A stretch of 64,000 nt of DNA from Prorocentrum cordatum (taxonomy: Eukaryota). The notes below the pieces were generated by a model. That model made no database searches. It saw only the letters and a list, made by a program, of their open reading frames with translations, and was not told where the DNA came from. Shown piece by piece: positions 37,883 through 48,796 of the stretch (position 1 is its first letter; each line of letters opens with the position of its first letter). The stretch spans positions 1,860,001 through 1,924,000 of the forward strand of contig CAUYUJ010000002.1 in assembly GCA_963575745.1 (NCBI GenBank), written 5' to 3'. Both the position numbers and the translations under genes were made by a program.

Positions 37883-40800
37883 GAGGGTAGCGCGCGCGCG
37901 CGTCCGTGCACGCGCCGCTGACTAGGGGCCCAGGGCCACCACTGAGGTGCGCACCTTAGCCCCCTTCACGTGAGGGACGTAGCCCCCCTCCATGGCCCTT
38001 ATGGCCCGAGCCCCGTGGACCCCTGGCTTTGTGCAGGGTCGGGACAACGATTTGAGCTGCACAGACGTGGCAGCCCCGCAGACCTGGCACCCGACCACCG
38101 CAAAGTGGTGGCGGTCGAACGCCTGGTCCATCACAAAACGCACAAGCTTGTGGCCATTGAGTCCGTCAGCAGTGATCCGACGGTTGGCCTCCACGGCCCG
38201 CGACACGACGGCACCAGGGCACTCCGCCTTCGAGGGCGAAAGAACACGGCACCGCATGCACTACCTGGCCCCCTCGGGGCCGATCAGCTCGCGGCCATGC
38301 TTGGGCAACACCAACTGCAGCACAGGCGCCTTGTTGGGCCTGGCGCCAGGCCTCAACATAACGGTATCTTGAGAAACCACGGAGGCCCCAGCTCGCGCAA
38401 TGAAATGAGCCACGTCCTCGACCAGAACTTGCGCGAGCTGGAATATCTCTCGATCTGCTGCCGCCAGCCTACCTCGGCTGGCCGCGAACTTCGCCCAGAT
38501 GTCGGCCGAGAAATGTCCGAACCGATCGCGGCGAGAAATCCGTCCGCGCTCGACGTCAGCTTCGGAGAGATGGGCACGGACCCTCCGAACCTGGAGCCCC
38601 TGGGGCCCGATCCCTCCAAAGTCCTCCAGGGCGGCCCAGAAAGCACGCCAGAGTTTGGCCCAAGCCGCAGCATAGGTCGTCGTCCCTTGAGGACCACGCT
38701 CTATGCCATCGGTAACAAACTTCGAATCCGTGACCGCACATATGGGTGGAACAGAGACTCGCATCAACTTGACATGTGCGAACAGCTCTGCGCCATCGAT
38801 GTCACGATAGGCGAACGGCAACCTGCCGTGCACCACATCGCTGATTCCCAGCGGGTCAGCTTCATGCAAAGCCACAATCGCCCACCCCGCCGAACTCACG
38901 CCGTCCCACCCCCCATCGAATTGCGAGCCGTCCAAGAAGGCTTCGCAGGCGCACAGGATGCCGCCTCCAGCATGCATCTGCCACGTCTCGCAATCATCAT
39001 CGGGGACTCTGAATGAGTCTGGCACGGGGGGCGATGGCCACAGCCCGCGCTCTAGCAGGCACTTTACCTGCGGGCACGGCAGCCGCGCAAGCAACATCTG
39101 AAACCTGTCGGGCATGGGGGGGCGCTCGCCTTCCGCAAGCTCCCCCTGACACTCGCAGTGACGGTGGGCCCGGGACCCGACCCCAGGGCAGAGGAGACAA
39201 CCAGACGACGCTACGAATCCAGCTTCGCGCTTCCTCGCCATCGGCCACTGCCCATTAATCAACACACTCCTAAGATACGCACGCTCCTGCAAGGCCAAAC
39301 TGCCTAGGTCTCTACACTGGTGGCCCTGGGGCCGCGAACCTTTCAGAAGTCGAAGTAGAGGCGCCATCACAGCACCTTTGCCCAGATGTTCGCACCCTTC
39401 AGCACCAGCAATCTCGGCCCACTGCCAGGCCTCAATCCCGCGGACCAGGAGTTTCCTGAGGTACCAGACCGAGACGTCCCGAATATCCACAGAAACTCCA
39501 TTGTGCGTAACCCAGGTGAGCGCATCATGGTCCGAGAACTTCCAGGAGATCCGATCGAGGGACAGCTTGACGGCCCCGAAGGGCCCCTGGACCCGGGACC
39601 ACATCTGAACCTTCTTGGCCGCCAGGAGCCCGTCCGACACGACCTTCACGGGGATCCAAGCTTCCCACAGAGCACGCGCGAGAGCAAGGACTGGGAGCAG
39701 TGTGGCCCGAAAAATCGGATCGAGCTCCTTGCCCAGCATGAGCGCCATCGTCCTGGACTTACCTGCGCCATGCCTCTCGATCGCCGAAAACATGAGACTT
39801 CGAATCGAATCCAGCTCCGTAGCCGAGGTACCTGTCACCGAAGCCCCATAGGACTGCACGCGCCACAAGCTGAGCCGCCACTCTCTTACGGGGTCCACAG
39901 CAAAACCTCAGAATACGACGTATTTTCGACCGCGCCGAACGAAGTCGTTTATGTCTGACCCGTCGAAGCACACGACGCCCACAGGTGAAATCAACTCCGA
40001 GGTTTCTTTCATGTCTGGGCGCCTGGGCTCCGATGCGAGCAAGTTGCCGAGCAATATCCGAACGCACCTCGCTGCTGCTTGACATCACACGCGTCTTGTC
40101 ATCATGTAGCTGTAGTTGACACACATCCAGTTCACGTTGTAGCGCCTCGGACGCCTGAACTATTTCTCGAGTGACGACCTTACTCGACCCAATTCTATGT
40201 ATAATGATAGCATCAACCACCACACACGGAGCCACCGACCGTCCTAATAACCATACTCGATCGAGAGGTTGGCGTAGGGCAAGCTTGAGGAAAGTGGTGG
40301 CCCATCCGTCGCCAGACAAGATGGTCTGATCGACCTGCAGCTCGTCCGAGACCACGGTGCCGAGGGTGAGGAACCTCGGCGCTCTGAACAATAGAACCTG
40401 GAGCCGCAACTGCCAGCGGGGGAATCCTGTTCTCAACGCCGCCTCCAGGAGCCAATGGCGCTGAACCTGTTCGAATGCTTTCAGGAGGTCCATCATCACC
40501 TGGGCCGACGTCCATAGGCCCGCCTGGGCCCCTTTGCCTTTCACCCTGGTCCATTCGGACCACGCCGACTGTTGCCACGCGGCCCGCTCACACGACTTCC
40601 CAGGGGCAGCCCAGAAATAATGCCGAGCATTCTTCACCTCCCACTCTTTCGCGATGGGCATTCTCAATCTGGCTTGGACCCTGGCGACGACATGGAGCAG
40701 CGCGATGGGGCGGACCCCGCCCAATCGCTTGGCCAAAAACGCAATCTTCGTAACCAGCATCGGCCACTCGGCCGCGGCCTCGATGGCCGTGATCAGGTCG

Positions 40801-43800
40801 ATCAAACCGACCGCGGAGTCGCACAACTCGCGTAGCTGCCTCGGCCTGACGGCGCAGAACCCCATTCCAGACATGGCCTTGAAGGACCTCAGGACCCTGC
40901 GCATGTAGTCGAGCGTCGGCCGAGGGGGCCTCTCCCCAAGATCCCCAGGCCAGCTAAATATGGGATGCTTCTCCCCCAGCTTCCACCAGCGACTCCAAGT
41001 TTTCTGCAACTTGTCAACCTCTTGCTGCTTATTGAGGGGCTTGGTGGGGTCCTCAGGGTCCACGGAGCTACTCTGCCAGCCTTGGGGGTCCTTACAAAGC
41101 GCGTGGAGCCCACCGGCACCTCCCGCAGACTGCTCCGAGACCCACCTCCTGAATTTATCAGCACGCCGTTGCAAATCACGTCGGGCCACGCGTGAGGCAC
41201 CTCTCTTGATCTCCTGACTCATGACGTAGACCACCTTCGGGTCCAGGTCCCAGACGGGGAGGAAGGTAACCAGGGCCCACCAGAGGTGCCAATGGAAGGG
41301 CCGCCCAGTCGAACACATCCAGGAACATCCCGAACCAGTTTGCCCACCGCTCGAAGCGCATTGACCCGTGTAATTGGTTGTCCCACCTGAGAGGCAAACG
41401 ACATCGATGCACCCTACTTCCGCAACCAGATGGCCTCGGGGGACACCTTCGGGTACTTCGGCGGCAGGGGGGGCTGAGAGCGAACCCACTTAGGACGAGG
41501 AAGCTGCGCTCTGCCGAGATGTTTCGAGCGGTCTTCTGCAACTTGGTATACGTCACGCCACTCGTGCTCCGCTGCACTGATGAACATCTCCCATCCCTTG
41601 GATAATTCCCCAGCTCCTCCTGATCCCGTAGGCATGCTCTGACGAACCTGCTCCCACAGATCGTTGAAGTCGGCCGAGGCACACCCTGACGGGTGAACTG
41701 CTGGAAACGGTCGTGGCACCGGCATGACACGCATCCACGGCTGGCTCAAACCCGACTTCAAATCCAAGGAGACAGCCGTGTGGGGACTCATCGGGATTGA
41801 AGGCTCCGTCTGCACTTGGGTCGGTACCAGGTGGCTGGAGACGAGGAAGAAATCAATCACACGACAAGCTGGTGCACATGTGCCCACCTGTGGGGCCCAC
41901 ACCGAAAACGGCAGAAAATCAAAGATATCAGCCTTTTGCAACTCCTGCGGGGTGGCATTGAAGTCGCCTCCGATGATGAACGGCTTGCCTATACATCGCA
42001 CACGCTCGGCGATGTCCAGCAGAAGACTAACATTGTCAGGCGACATACCCTGCCCCGCATGCAAGGAGACATTCACCACGACAATGCCCTGCTTCGCAAA
42101 GCCAGAATGACATGATATTGATGCTCTTCCTGGTGCAATATGGCCGTTCTACCATCTTCCACGAGCCCAAGGCCATGTCGAGCAGGTACAAGCGTGAGCA
42201 GCCCGCCAGATCCAGGTAGACCATGCTCACACCCGACTGCAGGGAGAGCGAACGCATGCCATCCAGCTTTGACTAACTTACCGACTGCGTCGTCGCCCTG
42301 GCGCTGCCCCAAGTGGGTTTCTTGCACAAAGATCAAATCTGCCTGTCTAACCAAATCCATCTCCAACAGCGGTTCGAGACTGGAGTAAGCATTCACGTTC
42401 ACCGTCAGCACCTTCCACTTGAACTCACGCTGGAAGCCGTCCACCGACACTGGGCCTGTCGTTCCCGAAGGAGGCTGAGCATCAGTCGACGACCTCCCCT
42501 GGGAGGCGCGGGGGCTGGCCGTCGCTCCCCCCTCCCCCGCCTGGCCGCTGCAGCCTGGCGGTTTGAATCCATCACGAAGCGGAATCCCGTGTACATCGTC
42601 GCCTGAGCCTGGGGCAATGTCAGCAGGCGGCTGCCCCCAACGCCCTGACCCAGAAAGACGCGGTCCAACAAAGCTTGCCTTCCCTCGAGTGCGACAGCCC
42701 CGCGTGAACGCAGCGCCCGATGGGATGGTGCAGTCAGGGCGGATAGAACCTGAAGGCCCCTAGTGGTTCAAGCTGGATTGTCGGAAAGACCGAGGATATT
42801 CTCCAGCAAAGAGGGAAGATGACAAACTACCCCCTCTGAGCAAGGGCTAACCTACTCATGCTTCGCATAGTCACCCACTGTGCCACAAGGCGGGCCTGAG
42901 GACAAAGACGAGGCCAGCGGGCCCAAACAACCCTTGCAACACTAGACTTACCTCTCATCCCGATACATCGCTCAAGCTCTGTGCGGGGGAGGCGGTGTCC
43001 CTCGAAACCCATAGAGATAGGGTCCGGGACCTCAGAATGAAGGAAACTCAAGTAATCTTCCTCTCTTCTGAGCAGGGGCTAACGTACTCATGCTTCGCAT
43101 ATCCTTTTTGGGTTTCTCTTGGGACCCGCTCGGGTCCTCCCATTGCTGGGTGGGGAATGCCCATACCTGTCCATTGACAGGGATGGACATTTTAGCTTTA
43201 GGTTATTTGGCACCGTCAGTGCCGTAGGTGAAGAAAGGGGATGCCCATGCCTGTCCATCGACAAGGATGGGTAGCCTAGCTTTCGGCCCTGGGGTGGAGA
43301 CCAACACCTGTCCATCGACAGCGGTCGGCATCCAGATCCTATTTGATACCGCCATTGCCAAAGGCTGCAGTTGTCGCTATGTTAGCATGGCCTTTTTCGC
43401 GGCCATTGCGCGAGCCATGACCTTCCCACGGCGACCCTGCCTTCGAGGGGCCAAGCCCGCACCAGTGCACGCTGTGCACGCGGCCGGGGTCAGAACCCTC
43501 GCCGCTGAACCATACTAACACAAGTGTCCGGTGGCCTTGTTTACGGGTCCCCTAATGCCGAATGGGCCCGCGCCCAAGCAGTAAACACCCCCGCCGGAGC
43601 CCTTGACCCCCGCCGATGTGCTAACGCCTGAACTCGTGGCTGCAGCCGGGCCCGTGCAACTCCGCGAGACCCGAGTTTGAGCTCTTGCCGCGGCCGAAGC
43701 ACGCGGCACCACTCAATCGGGCTTCGCACCATGCACGACCAGGGCCCATGACCCCACCGCTATGCCTGTCCCTCCCCCAGTCTGCTGCGGTCGGCGGCCA

Positions 43801-44047
43801 TGGAGTGCGCCCTCGCCTGTGACCAAACAAAAGCCTGAGTGGCTGTTAGGAGAAGGGAGGGGTTGGAAGGCTCCTCAGCTCCTGGAGATGGGGTCGAGAG
43901 CCATGACAGACAGTGCGCAGGCACCGTCTTGCGACCCACGCCCAGCCGAGCACCGCTGGGATTTGCACAGCCGTCAAACACCACCCCTCTGTCAGGTCTT
44001 GGCACCGAGGCCAAAACCTCGCTCTGTCAGAACGCGGCATGTGAGAC
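37883..44047 (-). mobile_element. Relatively well preserved non-LTR retrotransposon (AP endonuclease-RT-Cys/His-RNase H-Cys module) with a ~1.6-kb non-coding leader
   Basis: Overlapping minus-strand ORFs give the domains in order. The unit lies between two (CCT)n tracts. Assigning 42451-44047 to the element is inferred from position. Confidence 0.88.
37922..42450 (-). pseudogene. Frameshifted pol ORF of the minus-strand LINE
   Basis: 42450-42073: VLTVNVN, DLIFVQETHL, SGGL. 42079-41414: IIGGDFNATP, IDFFLVS, SPHTAV. 41489-39759: FLAKRLGGVRPIALL, DLLKAFEQV, TILSGDGWAT, VVDA (YxDD position), RNLGVDF. 39898-38261: CLLC..HRHCEC, FLDGS, GAELFA, VTDSKFV, VRAHL, GHFSADIWAK. 38257-37922: GHKL...CQVCGA...LSRPC. 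Confidence 0.93.
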
Positions 44048-44945
44048 TCCTCTGCCTCCTCCTCCTCCTCCTCCTCCTCCTCCTCCTCCTCCACGTCCAT
44101 GGGGGGGGGATGGGGAGGAGGGAGGGATTGGAACCATGGGGGGGTGGGATTGGAGAGGAAGGAGAAGGTTTGTTGAGGCTGGGGATGATGCCGCCGAAGC
44201 GGTTTTCGGCCCTCTGAGGGCTTGAGAGGGAACCAAGGAGAAGGAGGAGGAGGAGGAGGAGGACGAGGAGCAGAGACGGCGACGACCGATGACCGACAGA
44301 CCCCCGACAGCGCAGGTCAGCTCCCCCGGGCGGCGCGACGCGCCCTTCGGCCAGTGGCCCTCGTCCAACGGCCGCGCGCAACGCGCCCGCCCTCTCGGCA
44401 CCGGCGGCCCTCCCTCGTCATCCTCGCGGTCGCCGCCGTCCAGGATGGAAGACTCCAGCTATCAAGATGGAGGACTTTCGTCCTCGTCCTCCTCCTCCTC
44501 CTCCTTCTCCTCCACCTGCTTCTCCTTCTCTTCGTGCTCTCCCTCCTCCTCCTCCCGCTCCTCCTCCTCCTCCACCTCCTCCTCCTCTTCTTAGTTGATG
44601 CCCCGGTCCGATTTTGTCCTGGCCCTGGCTTCGTTTCGGAGGCGCGCGCCCCTGGCTTCGCGGTTGGCGGCAGGTCGAGGCTCCTAAACGTTTGGCAGCG
44701 TCTTTTAGTGCCCAGCCTCCGGGGCACCCGCGGGGGCCCCCTGCTCTGGACGGGGCAAAGTTCGCCCCCCCTTAGCTCCGCTGGGGGGGGGTTGGGCACG
44801 TGCTGTCGGAATGGGTGGAGGGGTTGGAGGAAGAGGAGAAGGAGGAGGAGGAGGAGGAAGAGCAGGAGGAGGAGGAGGAGGGGGAGGAGGAGGGGGAGGA
44901 GGGGGAGGAGGGGGAGGAGGAGGAGGAGGAGGAGGAGGAGGATGG
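44048..44945. repeat. Alternating (CCT)n and (GGA)n tracts separated by short unique spacers
   Basis: CCT at about 44048-44093, GGA 44238-44270, CCT 44478-44591, GGA 44826-44945. Confidence 0.9.
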
Positions 44946-45229
44946 AGAGGGGCGAGATTCGGGCAGTCAGAAGGTGAATCACCCCCCCCTTGATAGATAA
45001 CCCATTCACAGTAGTGTGACAGCCGTCTTCCATTCGGAGGATGATCGAATCTCCACCCTGCCAAGTCGACCAGCGAATCGTCCCGCTCCGGTTCCCGAGG
45101 GGGCGCTGCGGCCACATTCTTTGCAGGACTGCGCCCGCCAGGTCTGGTCCGGAGTCGTGTTCTCCAGACGGGTGGTTTGGTCAAGGGAGCTCTGTTTGCG
45201 ACCCATATAACCGAAGTTTATCCGACGAT

Positions 45230-45377
45230 GGCATCTATACACCACCCCCGTGCCAGGCCAGGGCCATCCTGGGCCCTGGGATGGTGCATAGACCCTCCTG
45301 GCCTCTGCCAGGGGGCTTATACATTATGCCAGGGCCAGGATGGCCCTGGCTTGACACGGTGGTGGTGTATAGATGCC
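45230..45377. mobile_element. 148-bp fold-back (MITE-like palindrome)
   Basis: The left arm GGCATCTATACACCACCCCCGTGCCAGGCCAGGGCCATCCTGG... is the near reverse complement of the right arm ...CCAGGATGGCCCTGGCTTGACACGGTGGTGGTGTATAGATGCC, with a CTCT loop. Confidence 0.75.
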
Positions 45378-45964
45378 TCATGCGTAAGGTGTTGCCGATT
45401 CTCAATAATCCCCAGTAGTTCCAGGAGAGCTTACCATGTGATGGGCGTCTCCCTCCGAGCCCGTGGGGCCGCAGCACGTGGAGCGAGCCTCCCACGGGGC
45501 GCACAGCCCTGTGACAGCTTGCGTTGCGTCAATCTTCCTGTGCCGAAGCGGGCTGCGCGTTGAATCCGCAGCGCGCGTCGCTTCCTTCCTACTGCTTGCC
45601 TTCCCATTCCCCTCCTCCTCCCCCAGCCATTCAACTATTCAACTTCAACTATTTGGCCAAGTACTTCGTTCTAGGGCAGACCCCATCCTCTACGAGCATG
45701 CTCAGTCGCACCTGGTGCCCTTGTGCCGCTCACGAGCAAAGAGGTCCCGCGTATGGGAGGGAGCTCGTGCCCGAAATGTTGGAGCATCGTGGTCGCATTT
45801 TTGGACGCATTGTGAAAGGCGTTGACGTTGCATCTTCGCCTGTGGCGTGGGGCCACGCGTTGAAGAGGGCCTTGCTGTCCTGTCCACGCACCGCCCGGTG
45901 TACGACTAGCCAGCCAGTCCCCCAGCTTTTTCACTCCGCGTGTCCATGTCGTCACACTCCTCAA

Positions 45965-47190
45965 TCGTTTCGTGCCCCCGTCAGTAACTCAACCTGCGGT
46001 CTCAATGCGCGCCGATGCATGGCGCCACCGCCCCCATTTCGGCCCACCCCTCACGAAAAGCGCGGCACCAGAAGGGGCTCCACCTGCGGTATCAGTGGTC
46101 GCCGACGCATGGAGACACCGCACAATAGTTGGCACACCCCGCACAAGGATCGCGGCCCAGCCCAGTAGGGTGCTCCCCCTACTGTCCCAGTGGGCGCCTA
46201 CGCAAGGCGCCACCGCGCCCATGTCGGCACACCCCTCACGAAGAGCGTGGCATCAGAGGGGGATCCACCACCGGTCCCAGTGAGCGCTGACGCATGGCAT
46301 CACCCAGCCTATTTAGGCACCCCCCGCACGAAAACCGTGGCCCTGCAGGGAGCCCCCCCTGCGATCTCTGTGGGCTCCGACGAATGACGGCACCGCACCC
46401 ATTTCGGCACACCTTTCACGAGGACTGTGACCCTACGGGGAATTTTACCATGTGTATCAGCGGGCGCAGACGCATGGAAGCACTTCGCCAAGTTTGGCAC
46501 ACACCGCACGAGAACCGTGGCCCCATATTGAGTTCCACCCACGATCTCAGTGGGCGCCGACGCATGTCGGCAATGCGCCCAGTTCGGCACACCCCTGACT
46601 GGGATCCTGGCCCCATAGAGAGCTCCACATAGGGTCCCAGTGTGCTCAGACGCTCGGCGCCACCGCGCACATTTCGGCGCACCCTTCACGAGGACCGTGG
46701 CCCCCATGGGGAGTTCCACCGACGGCCTCAGCGGGCGCAGACGCATGGCCGCAGCGCGACCTTTTAGGCACGTCCCGCAAGAGAACCATGGCCCCATAGG
46801 GAGCTCCATCTACGGTCTCAGAGGGCGCCTGCGCATGGCGGTACCGCGGCCCTTTCGGCACACCAGGATCGTGGCATATGGAGTTCCACCTACTGTGTCA
46901 GCGGGTGCAGATGCATGGAGACACCGCGCAATAGTTGGCACCCCCCTCGCGAAAACCGCGGCCCCATTGGGAGCTCCACGCCCCCGTCGCGAGCTCCACG
47001 CGTGGCTCTAGTGTGCCAGTTCGCACGGCGGCGCCGCCCCGTCAGGACCGTGGCCCCATAGGGAGTTTCACCTACGGTCCCAGTGGGAGGGTCCGCACGG
47101 CGGCACCGCGCCCATCTCGGCACACCCGTCACGAGGGCCGTGGCGCCATTGGGGGCTCCACCTCGGGCGTCAGTGGGAGTCAATGGATGC
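45965..47190. repeat. Minisatellite, ~90-bp unit, about 13 copies
   Basis: A unit like CGCCGACGCATGGCGCCACCGCGCCCATTTCGGCACACCCCTCACGAGGACCGTGGCCCCATAGGGAGCTCCACC..TCAGTGGG recurs near 46010, 46099, 46195, 46285, 46376, 46465, 46555, 46645, 46736, 46826, 46906 and onward. Confidence 0.95.
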
Positions 47191-48624
47191 GGCCCCGAAC
47201 CCCGTTGACGCCCCCCTCATTCATCGGTCACCACAGCGCCAGGTCCGCCACCCCCAACATGTGATAGGTACCTTTCTGAGTTATTCGGGGCCCAGCGGGC
47301 CGTCACATGTGGCGCCTCTCTAGCCCAGGACCTTCGGGGCGACAGCATACGCGATCGCGCTCCCAGCCTGGAGGGCCGTGGCATGTGAGAGCTGCATTGG
47401 ACGGCCCAATGCCCAGAGGACCATACGGTCAGGAGCATGTGCTTAGCGTGTCGCCGCGGCGGCCCCGGCGACACCCCCCTCGCGTTGCGAAAAAAACGCG
47501 ACGGGAAGATTTTCTCTGTTTTCGGCTTCTGGGGGCCCTTCCTAGGCCTCAGGACCGTCAAGAAACCATTCGGCATGAAACACACGTCCCTGGCAAGGGG
47601 TCCAGACCTCTAGGGTTCGACGTTGCGACAAATTATGACGTCGGGGGTCTGGGCACGCTATGCCTTGCGAGCGGATAGCGTGTCGCTCTGCAGGGACGCC
47701 TGTGGACCCGGAAGTGGATGGCGTGTCGCGCTAAAGCGTGGTGGGCCAGAATTGGCGGCGCGATACGCTATCCCAGAGTTCCCGACCGTAATGTATGAAA
47801 GGTTTCCTCTCCGGGCCCCAGCAGTGCGCCTGAGATATTTCTTGGGAGTCTCTCGAGGGCCGTCTTTGGCCGATCAGGATCCTTGTAGGGGCTTCTCGGA
47901 TGTCCCGTGAGGCCCGTCGTGGGACTTTGGGGTTGTATGTGGAAGTTGTCTGGCCATTTGGAAGTATCTGGGCCGTGAATCAAGAACGGTGCTGTGGCCG
48001 TCTTGGGTCAGCCTCGGGCAAGTCCTGAGCCGCTTGGGGAGCTCATGGGGGGTCCTTGGGCCATCCAGGTCCGCTTTGGTCTGGCCTTGGGCGGCTTTTG
48101 TGCGCCTTGGGGACTCCTCGGAGCCGCTTGGTGGGAGTCTCGGAGGCATCTTGGTGATGGTTGCAGCCTCTTGTGGTGAAAAGGGGCGTGAGGGGAAATC
48201 TTCCCTACCACCCCACCTGGTCCTTTCTTCCGGCTTTTGTCTCTCTCCTTCCCTCTCTGATTATCTTTCTTTCTCTCCTGTTCTCTGGCTCTCCTTCTCT
48301 CTCTCTCTCTCGTTCTTCCACTCTCTGTTACTTTGCGGGTCGCTGCTCATCATGCGCACCACCGAGTGCCGTTGTTTCCGTGGAAAGGCTCCCCCTGCGT
48401 CCTGCACCTGAGCGGCGAGCAGGACCGGGCGGAGGAACCGCAGGTGCCGGCGCCGGCAACTGCAGAGGAGCTGCTGGAGGAGGGTTCGATACGATCGAAA
48501 CGGGTACGGAAAGATTGGGTGCGAAGACCGACGGCAGCTTGTGAATATCTGGCACAACTTTGTGGTTAGGTTTAGCTTTTAGTTTCCTTGACCCGGGCCC
48601 AGGGGATTGGGCCCTCTCTGCTCC

Positions 48625-48646
48625 TTGTACGCCTTACTGGCTCAAG
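48625..48646 (+). other. Possible degenerate dinoflagellate spliced-leader relic
   Basis: GCCTTACTGGCTCAAG (48631-48646) matches GCCATTTTGGCTCAAG at 13/16, with the last 9 nt exact. Confidence 0.45.
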
Positions 48647-48796
48647 TCCAAAACCATATGCTGCTGCTCCTGCTGCCACAGTTGGTAGCGGAGCCGTGTG
48701 AGCTCCAGGGCCAAGGGTGCCCGCCCGTCGCGCATGGCGCGCGCCGGCGGCTGCGCTCAAGGGCTCTAGGAGGACGCACGGCTTCCATCAGCCGAC

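Noticed and set aside
45965..47190. Satellite core CCATTTCGGCACA resembling the leader segment CCATTTTGGCTCA
   Set aside because: Short partial match; the flanking leader bases do not agree
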